A DNA stretch of 64,000 bases from Vicugna vicugna (taxonomy: Eukaryota). The position numbers and the translations under genes are program-made. Shown piece after piece: positions 51,690 to 64,000 of this stretch (its first letter is position 1; each line of letters opens with the position of its first letter). The stretch covers positions 62,001 through 126,000 of the forward strand of contig MU057999.1 of the NCBI GenBank assembly GCA_013265495.1, read 5' to 3'. The notes beneath the pieces were generated by a model. It was given only the letters and a program-made list of their open reading frames with translations, searched no databases and had not been told where the DNA came from.

Positions 51690-53275
51690 TGACTGCCTCT
51701 TTGCCAAACCCACTGGCCAATTCTTTCTTCTCTTTTCACTTGATCTCTCAGCACCATTTGATTCAGTTGATCATTTCTCTCTTCCTGAAACACTTCTTTC
51801 ATGAATTTCCTGATACCACCTTCTCCTAGCGTCTTTCCCCTGGCTGCCCCTTCCCAGTGTCCTTGGCTGGTTCCTCCTCACCTCCCTGATCTCTCAACTC
51901 TCAGACCCTCCACCTCTGCTCTTATCTTGATGAGCTCAGCCAGTCTCATGGCTTCCCTTGTTCTCCATGTGCTTCCAGTTCCCACAGGCTCAGCGCACAC
52001 ACCCCAAATCTCATTTTCCATCTTCCATCCCAAAACCTGGTGCGCCCTCCCCAGTCCTCCTCATCTCAGTAAATGGCACCTCATCCTACCAGTGCCTCAA
52101 GCAGAACACCTTGACTGCTCTTTCACACCCACATCCAACCATCAGCAAGTCCCGTTGGCTGGACCTTCAACAGCGCCCCCAGAAGCCAACCACGTCTCCC
52201 TGCCTCCATCACTACGACTGCCTGGTCTCAACGACCACCTGGACTTTCCCAGTCGCCTTCTACCTGCCTCCACTCTTGCCGCCGTGCAGTCTATTCCCCA
52301 CCCAGCAGCCAAAATGATCCTGTGGAAATGTCAGACCATGTTCCCTCCACCCAAACCCAATATGGCAAGAAGAACAAAGTCTGTCCCAGAGTTCCCGGAG
52401 CCCTGGGAGCCTGCCCCCTTTCCCCGGCACCGCTCTGATCTGCTCTCTCGCCTCCCCCTCCCCGATACACTCCAGCCACTGTGTCTCTGGCTGTTCTTTG
52501 AACACAGCACAGGACCTTTGTCCTTGCTGCTCCTTCCGCCTTACACATTCACAGGGCTCCTTTCTCATCTGCCCTTCTTTAGATCTCTGCTTAGATTGAA
52601 CCTTCTCATTCAGACCTTCTCTGAAAAAGTCGGGGACTGGGGTGGGTGAAATGGGTGAAGGTGGTCAAAAGGTATAAACTTCCAGTTATAGAATAAATAA
52701 GTCCTGGGAATGTAATGTAATGTACAGCATGGCCAATAATACTATATTGTACATTTGCAAGCTGCAAAAAGAGCAGATCTTAAAAGTTCTCACCATAAGA
52801 AAAAAAATGAACTATTATGAGGTACTGGGTGTTAGATGCTGTGGTGATCATTTGGCAATATACACATATCTCGAACCATTATGTTGTACACCCACAAACT
52901 AACAGAATGTTAAATGTCAGTGGTAGCTTAACAAAAAAAGTTATTTAAATATAACTTATATTTATAATAATTAACAATAATGAATGATAATAATTATATA
53001 ATAAATTATAATACTTTATAATTTAAAGAATAAAGAGTTATTTAAAATATAACCACCATGCCTCCTCCATGACTTTATTTTTCTTCATGGTACTTACTGT
53101 AATCTGATCTACCATGTTTTATTTATTTCTATAAATCAAGGTCATATTTGTCATTTAGAATGAGCAGAGATATTTTTTGTCTGTCTGTTCATTCCTGTCT
53201 CCCCAGCACCTAGAGTGGTGTGTGACATATAGTTAGTGCTCATTAAATATTTGTTGAACAAATGAATGAATGACG
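51690..53275. mobile_element. L2 element interrupted by an L1MA-type 3' fragment (about 52630-52940)
   Basis: Pyrimidine-rich L2 body and terminal gtgctcattaaatatttgttgaacaaatgaatgaatga; insert has aaaaggtataaacttccagttatagaataaataagtcctggg. Confidence 0.75.
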
Positions 53276-54674
53276 GAGTAAATGGTAGGCTTTTTCAAGA
53301 AGAAGGCACAGCTGCCCAGGAGACCCGTCCTGCGTGGCCAAGAGTAACATGGTTTACAATACACAGAGAAAAGGGATGTGAAGACATGAGGAGGCAGCCT
53401 AGTCTGATCGGGAAGGTGCTCCAGCTGCTGGCCTGACATGCTTCTAGGACATTCTGAAACCAGTACCTGGAAACACAGCTTTATTCTTGTGCATCTTAGA
53501 TTTTATTCCCTTTTTGTTTCCCCATCATTTTCCACGAAATGATTGTAAATATTCGACCATATCAGGTAAGCTCACTGAGGCTGACTTCAAAAGGTCCAGG
53601 GGAGGGATGGAGGAGGGCCCCGAAGGGAGACTCGGGGAGGAGGAGCAGTGGGGTGCGGGGTGCCTGGCCCCGCCTGACTGGAGGGGCCCTTTCCTGCAGC
53701 TCCCCCACCCCACCAAGGCCTGGGCGAGCTTCTTGGAGGGAAGTTGGGCCCCCACAGCTGTTACGGCTGATGCTGGCTTAAGACCTTGGTTCCCAAAAAT
53801 TCCTTTGAAAAAAATTATTTTCCCTAAAATTAAAAAAAAAAAAAGAAGCGGCAGCTGTTCTATCTGAGGAGATGGGGGCCTTCGCAGCCCAGGCCTCAGC
53901 CCTTCAGCATCAAAGTGGCCCCTAACAGTGACTACACAGCCCGTCTGTAACAGCCCTGCCATCAGGCCTCCCGGAGGGGCCCAGGGAAGCCCAGGGAGGC
54001 GCTCAGGGAGGCTCAGCTCACCCGCTCAGCCGCGGCCGCGGGTGGGGGGCAAGAGAAGCTGCTGCCTCGCAGGGCCGGGTGCCCAGCGTCTTCCCTGCCA
54101 GCCTGTGACACCAGCCCCTCTTCTCCATTTCACCAGCCCGCCCTGCAAGCCCGGGCACTCCATGCGCCCAGGTGGGCTCACCTTCCCTCCACCTGGCTGG
54201 TCCTTTCCTCACACCCCGCGCGGGCTTCTGTAGGCGGCAGCCCTGCAGGCTGTGCTGCCTTCCATCTTGTGCTCAAGCAGCCGCCAAACCCTGCCTTTTC
54301 CTCTTCTGCAGGATTGGCAGGGTCCTCCTCTCCCCCAGCCGCTCAGGCCTGGCTTAGTGCACAGCTTCCCGGCCATCTAACTTGGGGATGCGCTGGCCCC
54401 ACCTTGGGCATCTCCCAGCACACCCCCCCGGGGGCTCTTCTTCACGAGGCTGTGCGCCCTGCCCGGCTCTGCTTGAGAACCAGGCCAGTCCCGTGCCACC
54501 TCCCACAGAGGCCGGGAACCTCGGGTTGGCCACGAAGGCCCCTCCGATTTGGTCACTGCCTTCTGCTCTCCCGGTAAGACCTCAACTTTATCAGCCAGTC
54601 CGCTCCTCAATGCCTGGGTCAGTGTCAACCAGACTGTAGAAAGCCCTTTGCCTGAGGTCCTGTCCTACCTTCTC

Positions 54675-55015
54675 CACACACTCACCCACCCACTCCCCCG
54701 GAGCCACACACAAATACACAGACAAATATACACTCACACAGACACACACAAGACAAACAGACACACAGGTACACACAGACACAGACAGACACACAAATAC
54801 ATACACAGATATACACATAGGTACACAAATACACACACAAATAACATACAGATGTACACAGATACACACATACACACAGATACACACATACACACATACA
54901 GACACACACAGATACATACACAGTGTTAGCTCACAGATACACACATAAATCATACACATCCACACACATAAATACTCAGACATGCACAGAAACAGACACA
55001 CATTTTCACACAACA
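54675..55015. repeat. Long degenerate (CA)n/(CAGA)n microsatellite
   Basis: About 340 bp of interrupted acacac/acagac/atacac units. Confidence 0.9.
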
Positions 55016-57093
55016 CGCAGGATTGTTAGGTTCAAAGAATAACTTACGATATTTACCTCAAACCATGTCCACCGGCATGGTCTAAACCCTGACTGCTGAA
55101 AAGCCCATCTGAATTTAGGAAAGAGAAAATTTAATGGGTGAATTATTTTTATTTTTCATTGAACTATAACCTGGGGGAATATTTGGCTTTTTATTTGCCT
55201 AATCAGCCTCCTGTATTCCTATGTCCCAGCTAGCTACTCCCTGCCCCTTGAGAAATCCAGTTGTTCCTGGGCCCACGTTTTCGTCCCGAGCACAGGAAAA
55301 ACATGACTGAGAATTTAACCATGGAAGGTCGTAGATTTGGCGATCGCCTGGGCTGTGATGGAAGAGAGGACTACCCAACGTGCCAGCTCTGATACGTGCG
55401 TGCCAAGTGGGCGCCAGTGGAGATTCCAGTGGTGTGTCTGAGGACTACATTAGTAGAGGTGTCTAGAACGGTGTGCTGAGAAGCATTTGCAGCCCGGACT
55501 CAGCAGAAAAGATGTCTGCCAGGGTAATGGGATAGGACTGTAGTGACACAAATGTCAGAGATTTGTTTTCCCTGGGTCCTTCATGAGTGAGGACAGCATG
55601 CACTGGAAGCAAAGTCACAGGCCCACATTTAGGAGGGTGCATTCTGTGTCGGGGTGCACAGCCTACATAGAGAGGCAGACCCCATCACCTGGGCATCACC
55701 AGGAAGCTCAAGACACAGATGAACAGTCAGGTAGACAGAGACATACATGCACACACACACACATGCACACACACAGACACTAAAACACTGGGACACAGAC
55801 ACGCATCTGGAAAGCAGTGAAGGCATCCACGTAGGGCTGGGAGTTCAGAGAAGGGCGTCTGAGGTCCATCAGACCAGCAGGGATGACCGTTGGGCTGTAC
55901 CAATGCAAGTACGGGCACCTCACAGGGTGGAGGAATGGTCCACACAGGGGGAGCACGTGCTGACTGGGCACCAGTAGAGATTCCAGTGGTGTATCTGAGG
56001 ACTAGATTTTCAGGGCAGGGCTGGTGGACAAGGGGCTGGGCACGGGTGGCAGAAGAGGTGGGATGGGGGTCAAGTGTGGTGGCCGTCAGACAGACCGACA
56101 GACCTAGGCTCCCATCCTGGCTGCTGTCCGCCCAGGTGTGGCCACTGGGGTAGGGGAGTTGGGCTTTCTGATTTAAGCTTCCCGTCTGGAAGACGTGACT
56201 GGGGAGGGGGCCCTCCCCTGAGGACAGCAGAGGGATCTGGCACAGGCGGGGGGTGGGCTCCTGAGGGGCACAGCTGTGTGGGCGGGGGAGGGCGCAGGAG
56301 GAGTGAAGGGAAGGGGAGAGTCGAGCGGGGGGCAAGCTGGGGATGGGGCGACTGGGAGGTGGTGGTTGAGGGGCGTTGGGAGACTTCCCACCTTTTCAGC
56401 CCATTTCAGAAGCTGCCTAGGGGAGCTCTAGTCTCTAAATGACAGTCTCCGTGGTCAAACTAGGGGAGAATCTAATTGCATGTGGGCTCCTGGGAAGGGG
56501 AGACCACCGCCTCCATCCTGGAACAGTGGGCCTTGTGGAAAGAAAAGAGAGGAGCTGGGCCCGGGGCCCATCTCCTCACCTGAAGCCCCAGTGCTGCAGC
56601 CACGACTGAGGGACACTGTTGCCTCCCCTGCCCCTTTCTCCCTGGCTTCCAGTGGCTCCTAGCTGACTCTGCCCTCTGCCCTCCCACCCTGACCTCTCGG
56701 CCCATCCTCTCTTCCTCTACTTTGATGTGCAGCCACTGAGGGACAGTGTAAAATCCATGTTGCTGGAGGTCACAGAGATCTGATCTTGTCTGGGAGTCAA
56801 GGCCATTGAGCAGCTCTGGCTTCTGTCACCCTCTTAAGGACAGGAGCTGTCAGCCTGAGGCTGCCTCCCTGCCCGCGTGCCTGGGGCTTGTCTCCCCTGG
56901 ACTGGGGACGGCAGAGGCCGTATGATCTCGCGGGTGGTCAAAGAATTCACTTAGAGGTACAGACAGCCCTGCACACCTGAGGCACGTGGCTGCCCTTGCG
57001 GAGCCCTGGCGCCCTCACCCGCCAGGTGTGTGTGCAGAGCACCTGTGCGCAGGGCCAGTGAGGAGGTCAAGTGTCCCCAGGGCTCTGAGCTCA

Positions 57094-57561
<468 letters not shown>

Positions 57562-58899
57562 TCATCCTTAGACCAGTTTCACCCACAGCCTCAGGCAACG
57601 CACGTGAGCCATTCCCATCATTCCTGCCGTTCTTATCACCAGCAGTGTCGTAGGCATCCTCAACAGCAAGAAAACCACGGAGCTGGGGAAGCATCTCGGA
57701 GAGAAGGGCATGACTCGGCCAGCAGCAAGGGGCCGTCGGCGCCTTGAATTGTCTTCTGACAGCTCTGCCCTCCCTTCCGTGTCCTGTGAGGGCTGAGGGC
57801 TACGCTGCAAGCCATTCATGTCACTCACAGGGGCACAAACAAGCCCCACTCCCCTTGACCTGTCCTCCACTCCCCTGCCCTTCCTCCCAGGCTCACCTCT
57901 AATACCCCAGTGAGGCTCCAGGATGGCTGTCAAACAGGCTGGTCCCTCTTAGGAGGGGGGCATGCAATTGTGCTGGTTCCTCCCCCAGAGGGACGACAAG
58001 GGCCTGGGGAAGGCCCAGATCACTGACTCTGCATCCCCCCCTGCACCATATGCCTTGTCCTGTGGGTATGAGTAAATGTGACAAGTGATGTGGTTGATGG
58101 GACAGATACATAGTGGGGAGGGTAGAGAGGGGTTGTGGCATCCAGAATCAGCTGCAGGCAGAGCTCTCCTGGGCTCTTGGCTGAGCAGGCTCAGAGCCCG
58201 GAGCCCCACATCCGAGCCCCCTGGAAGTGCCCCTCCAGGGAAGGGTGGGGTGCCATTATGTTTCATAGTCTGCCAAAGCTCCTCCCTTAACTGAAGGGTT
58301 GGCATCTCAGGAGAGCAGCTGGGCCTCCACCTTCATTTCTGTTTCCTTGCAAAGCCAAGTCTACTCCCTCGGCGAGGACCCCGCTCCAGGCTGCGGGATC
58401 AGAGCTGACCTTCCCCCTCCTACCTGCCAAGGCAGAGCCTTTGTGGGGCCAGGGCGCAGACTTAGCTGCTTGCCTCCACATTCAAACCCAAGGAAGTGCT
58501 TACACCAGGGAACCAGACACCTCTCCAGGCTGCTGCCTACCCGGAGCCACATGGCCACCTCACTTGTCATCAGTGGCAGAAGGAAGCCTGTCAACCTGGA
58601 GACAGAGGCAGCCCTCATCCCTGTCTCCCTGGGGAGGCTCCTCTTGGCCTCATTTCATGTACTGGAATTCTTAACTATTTTGTGATAAAGGTGCTTTTGA
58701 AAATAATCTAGTCTCTCTTACAAATGGGGAAACTGAAGTGCAGAAAGGGGGAACCCTAGTGCTTACAGCCGGGGAAACAAGGGCCCAGGAGGGTGGGAAC
58801 TGGCTGTGGCTGCTCCGTTAGTGTGGGAGGTGGGCCCAGAACTGGTCCACTCCAGGCATCTCGTGTGCCCAGCACTGACCATCCCCTAAAGGCTAATGC

Positions 58900-59545
58900 C
58901 CCCCAAACTCTTGTCTGTAGTCCCCTTCTCTAGACACGACACTCTTTCTGCACACATTCAATTTGTGGTGCTCACATCTCAGACCCTCATCCAGAACTTC
59001 CCCCCAACCTCCTACATTCAAGTCCATCCCACAGGGTGCTGGACGTGTCCACCTGGGCACTCTCAGACCCCTCAGACTAATGGCTTCACAGATCAGGCTC
59101 AAAGTCCTCCACCACAAACCCCTCCTGTTTCTCCTTTATCCCCATCACCTTCACTCAGTTCCTTAAGCCGGAAACTGAGAGTCCTGCTGGATGCCTGTTC
59201 CTCACCCTCTGGCATCTGGCGCCATTGCTAAGCCCCTTAATCTCTTCTGGGCGCCTCTTGCACTTGACCTGCCCTCAGTCTCCAGGTTATGCCTTGCCTC
59301 GGGCTCCCTGCTCTCTCGCCTGTATTCCTTCCACAACCTCTCACAGATCTCCTGTCTGCCCCCATCAAACCTCCCATCCCACCACTCCAGAAAGAGATTT
59401 ATCAAACACAGATGTGAGCAGGTTACACCCAAATGAACACCTCTCACTGGCTCCCTGCTTCCTACAAGATAAAAACCAATGCCCTTGGTGTGGTACCCAA
59501 GATGCTACAGGTCCTAGACCTTGCCTGACTCTTTGGCTCCACACC
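58900..59545. mobile_element. L2 fragment
   Basis: ggacgtgtccacctgggcactctcagacccctcagact and catcccaccactccagaaagagatttatcaaacacaga L2 signatures. Confidence 0.6.
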
Positions 59546-59549
59546 CTGC

Positions 59550-60075
59550 TGTGGCGGATCATGTTTTACAAAGATGGCTACACCCATCTTCCTGTCCCAC
59601 ATACACCTCTTACAATGTGACAGTGACATTTGTTCATCAAGAAGTGGGTTCGTGTCCCCCCCCCCTTCAGTATGGGCCAATCTTAGCTACTTGCTTCTAG
59701 TGAAGAGAAGGAAGCGGAAGTGGTGGTCTGTGACCTTGAGGACACGTCCTGAAAGTCCATAGAGAATCCCCCTAGCTCTTTCTCTCTAGGGACCCTTAGA
59801 CCCAAGACATCACAGTATAAGGAATCCCAGACTTCTCTGCTCACAGGGAGTCCACAGGTTGGGAATTCAGACAACTCTAGCTAAAGTTTCAGCCTGCAGC
59901 CAGTGTCAAGGGCCAGACATGCTGCTAAAAGAGCCTTCAATGCTGAGTGCAGCAGAAAGGAGCGATCCTCACCAAGCCTTCTACAGACGGCAGATTCCTG
60001 ACCAAACTAAATGTTGCCACTATGTTAAGCACTAAGTTCAGGGCTGCTCTGTTCTGCAACACTATCACTAAAACA
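59550..60075 (+). mobile_element. MaLR solo LTR (MLT1F-H-like)
   Basis: TG...CA termini; caaagatggc 5' block and ttaagcactaagt 3' block. Confidence 0.7.
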
Positions 60076-61369
60076 TCTTGCCCTTCAAACTCCATCAAGG
60101 TCATACCACCCCACAGCATGCATTCACCATCTGCGTCTTTGCTTACGATCCGCACAGAAAACATCTTCCCCTTCTTTATCTGGATAACTGCCTCACCCTT
60201 CAGTGGCCCCCCGACCCAGCATGGGGCTCAGGTATGCGTCTAGTTCAAGGTAGCTTCTGAAAATTCGGGCACTTGTCACTGACCTCTGCGCAGAGGCATC
60301 TTGCTGGCTGGGCACATGGCTGGCATTTGGGGCAGAAGCCAGCAGACAAGTGAGGGCTGCCTGACAGCCCATGGGAGAGACAGTGAGGGCCGGACCAAAG
60401 TCCAGGGCAGTGGCGAAGTGGGGAGGGACCCGTTCAGGGGCTCCTGCAGAGGCTGAGTTGACAAGGCTGTCCCTGATTCAAGGTGGAAGAAAAGGGGTGG
60501 AGTTTCCAGCCTGAGGGCCAGGAAGGGGGCGAGGTCATGTGTGGAGACAGGGGGCCCGGGAGGAAGAGGGTATATGGAGAGGGGGGCAAAGAGTTCCGTT
60601 TGGAAAACCCGAGTGTCTGAACATAAAGCTCAGAAAAGACCAGTCTCCCTCGAACCAAATTAGTAATGAATTAACAGGAGTGACTCATCTCTACCCAATT
60701 CCCTCTCAGTCTCATGAGAGGAAGGCGAGGAGAGTGGGAGAAAAAAAACTCTATCTCAGATCTTTTCCTGAAAGATATGCCTTTGCTCTTTCCAGTAAAT
60801 ACAAAAATCCCTTCAGATACGAGGTGGAAGACTCCACCGAGAGCCAGCTGGCTCGCCCCTCGCTCCCCACCCACCCCCACAGAGCCAGCCACACCATCAG
60901 CTGTGGGGTCCCGTAGCCCTGTGAGGTCGGGGTCCCTTATGGGTGCCCCCACAGAAATGTTGGCAGATATCTGGGCCCCAGGTTCCAGCGGATTCAGCAG
61001 ATGAAGAAGAATGAGATCTGTGGCTGCAGGGGAGGGAAAGGTGGGCAGGAGATGCCAGGAGAGGAGAAAGAAGTGGATGGAGGGTTCCAGCAGAGCTTTC
61101 TGGCCCAGGGCCACTCAGGGTCATAGCCATCTGGTCCCCTCTACTGAGCTTATGAGGACAGGACCCAGGCTGCTCAAAGTTACTGGGGACTCACTCCATG
61201 GCCGGCATGACATGGAGCAGCAAACACTGCAGATACAAGGCAGGACAAACAGGAATCCATCCCTCTCAGAGAACATGGGGTTTATGAGTGTAAGCAGATG
61301 GACTGACAGGAGAAGGAAAGGTTTGCCAGTTGGGTTGCAACCCACCGCCACCATTATGTAGACAATATA

Positions 61370-61620
61370 GTGTTACAGGATTTGATGGTTTGGGTTTGAG
61401 AATCAAACAAGCCAAGGTTCAAATCCTGAGTCTGTAAGGAATGGTGTGACCTTCGGTTCTGTATTTGACCCTCTGACAGCAGTTTCCCCACCAGTAAAGG
61501 GGAGCCATGATAATACCGTTGCCTTGGGAGGCTGCACGAGAGAGAGGCCGTGTTTAAAGTGCCTGGCACTCTGCCTGGCCCACAGTGAGGGCTCTGCCTT
61601 CTAGAGGGATATTTAATAAG
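61370..61620. mobile_element. MIR (one of many: also about 13150, 21700, 25700, 29350, 31950, 36430, 46400)
   Basis: Core motifs ggttcaaatcc, gtgtgacctt, cagtttcccca, and attttacagatgaggaaactgagg variants in the other copies. Confidence 0.7.
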
Positions 61621-62389
61621 TCCCAGCTTTCTCCACTCCCTCCTCCTGCCCAAGTAATTGAACCTCTCTGACGCTTTCAAGTCTCCTATGGCATGAAAAC
61701 TCTAGGACAGAATCTCCCAAGATTTGTTACGCAGAGCACCACTTGCTGGAGATGCTCCAAGCTGAAAGGATTCCCAGAAGAAAATAGTCTGAAAAATTTT
61801 GCATGCTATGATCCTCCCTTGTGAATATTTACAACTCACATGAGCATATTAAAGGCTCTAAGAAAACCTTCGTTAAAGAGTGGCTTAACTCTGTTTTACC
61901 TAACCTTCTCCATTGCTTCTTTGGTCATGGAACCCCTCTTCCCCTCCATATACACTAAAAAAAAAAAATACACACTCACACACACACACACACACACACA
62001 TATATACAACAGATACCAGCATTCTGCAGGATATACTTTAGGGAAAGATTCCATTTTAAAAGTAGCTTATGGTAGAATATGAGTCTTGAGATTTCTTCAC
62101 AAAAGGACAAGAAAATAAAGACATATTACATGGACTGTATGATCTTTTTAAAACTAGCACACCAGCATTTTCTACCTCCTCACTCTACTTTTTTTCCCTT
62201 TTCATAACACTTATTGCTTCCTAAAATTACATCATGCCTTTGACTTCTCACTTACGGATATCCACCTCCACCAAAATGCAGGCTTCACCCAGGAAAGATG
62301 AAATGTGTTTTTTTTTTTAGGATGCCACAGCCCTGTAGTCTGAAATAATGCCTAGTCCTTAATTAGTGCTCAACATTATCAAGTACATG

Positions 62390-62945
62390 AATACGTCTTT
62401 CAAAAGTCTAACTGATGAACCCTCATCCAGAATGTACATCCATCAGAGTAGTCATTTGGGAAGCTGTAGATTTGTTCCAACGATCTGTCCTCAATCATTA
62501 TAAATTCCCCCTTCAGCACAAAACATCATTTGTCAGTTTAACTGCCCCACTTATTTACTTGGCTCAATTCTAAATCATTTTTGGCTATTTCTAAACTCAG
62601 ACTAAAAAGTTCAAGATTTGCATTCGTGTATAAAAAGACTTCCTGGGGTGGTGGAAATATTCTATATTTTGATTATGGCAGTATTTACACAGATGTATAC
62701 ATCTGTCAAAACTCATTAATCATTTAAAATCTGTGCACTTTATTATATGTAAACTCTATCTCAATACTAACTGATTTAAGGAAAAATTAATTTAAAAAAG
62801 ATTTGCAACCAGGAAGGTATTCAAAATAATGTTCTGAGGCCTTGAAGGGAATTCCATAAATAGTTTTTAAAAAAATATTATGAGCATTGGCAATGTTACT
62901 GAAATAGATCTGTTTTTCCAAGGGGCTCACTTTGAAACCGTCAAA
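62390..62945 (+). mobile_element. MARNA-like mariner DNA transposon fossil, interrupted by an L1 3' end (62623-62797)
   Basis: Degenerate transposase C-terminus (ttttggctatttctaaactc; KKYYEHWQ...QGAHFE, compare mariner W.KCI..QGDYFE); insert flanked by aagatttgca at 62613-62622 and 62798-62807. Confidence 0.7.
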
Positions 62946-64000
62946 ACCCGCGTAAATATCCAAGTGTGTATGTGTGTGTGTGTGCTAATGTAAACATCTA
63001 GGTTTTCACCTGTGTATGTTAAAACGATATATGTCTTTAGGCACATCTTGCAGAAGGAAGCTGGCAGGGAAAGCTAATGTAAGGGGACGACATTCTTGCT
63101 GGGTGTGGTGGGCAGGAAGCTCTAAGACTTGTAACGTAACTGCTCATGCTCACGGCTCCATTCTTTTTCCAATCTTAACAAACATAAGGAGGAAGTTCAG
63201 GGAGGAAGGAAGCAGGAAAATTGGAGTGCTCCTGAAGATCTTTCTTCTAATAAAGAGGAGTCTTTTCACCACTGGTGCCAAAGAGCTAAAAAAAAGTCGA
63301 AAAGATGCTGAGATGCCAAGTGAAAAGCTGTAAGTGAGTAATCGGACCAGAAGGTGATCAGTCAGGGCAAGGAGGGGAAGGCTCGCAGCTCAGATCAAAG
63401 GTAAGCCTAGCTGTGCTCTCCTCTGCACACACGGTCATGGCCTCCTTTTCCAAACTAAACACTGGAACTATGATCTGTGGCATCTTATCAGAGTCAAAGA
63501 GACACTTGGAAAAAGTTCTGAAATTGGATCCCCATCAGGTTATGACCTGTTTAACCACTGACCCTGCGGCCAACCAACTCTGATTTGGTCCACATGTGTC
63601 CTGATGAAGGCAAAACTCTAGAAACCTCACCTAATGCCTTAGGTCCACTGGGATGTGATGTCTCGGAGACAGTTTAACATACTGAGAGAGCCCTGGAGTG
63701 GGAAGAAGGCCCTTCAGGGACAGGAGATGGGGCTGGACTGGGACACAGGCTGTGACCTCCCAGTTTGGAACAACTGCTTCGATCCATAAACAGCAGCTGT
63801 CAGCCGTCTAAAAGGAACCATTCTTCGGAAAGAAAGAAGGGAAAAAAGAAGAGAGAGAGAAGAAAGAGAAAACAAGAGCTCAGTGATGCTTTATTCTCGC
63901 CCTCTCCCCACCGGCAGAGCAGGGAGAGCTCAGCGGCGTGCTGAGGGCCACTCCGCAGTTCTTTCTGAGTCAATGAGGAGACTCCGAGGTGCCGCTTGCT

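Noticed and set aside
51801..52649. 282-aa ORF, the longest in the track
   Set aside because: Lies within an L2 relic; Pro/Leu/Ser-biased; no domain or splice support.
54549..55016. His/Thr- and Cys/Val-repeat ORFs
   Set aside because: Translations of a (CA)n microsatellite.

Overview
Mammalian genomic DNA, not prokaryotic; the tRNA-Ala-derived vic-1-type SINEs point to a camelid. The window is dominated by SLCO2A1 (prostaglandin transporter PGT/OATP2A1) on the minus strand. I mapped coding exons 2-14 by hand (57396 down to the stop at 16423). All introns are GT-AG, phases are consistent, and the exons give 612 codons plus stop with no disruption. Exon 1 and the promoter lie beyond position 64000. 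Downstream of the gene are the 3' UTR, a frameshifted and stop-disrupted segment resembling human C3orf36 (comparison from memory), and an orphan CpG island with a consensus CTCF site. The rest is repeats: L1, L2, CR1/L3, MIR, MaLR/ERVL LTRs, hAT MITEs, a mariner (MARNA) fossil, SINEs and simple repeats. Almost all ORFs in the supplied track are spurious or are exon/repeat fragments. I found no strong evidence for a wholly new biological system. The best leads are the disabled C3orf36 orthologue, a TSD-flanked L1 whose 5' UTR is fused to its 3' end, a TSD-flanked chimeric L1, and a dense TEAD-dimer/AP-2/E-box/GATA cluster in intron 1. Repeat family names come from recognition, not a database search.
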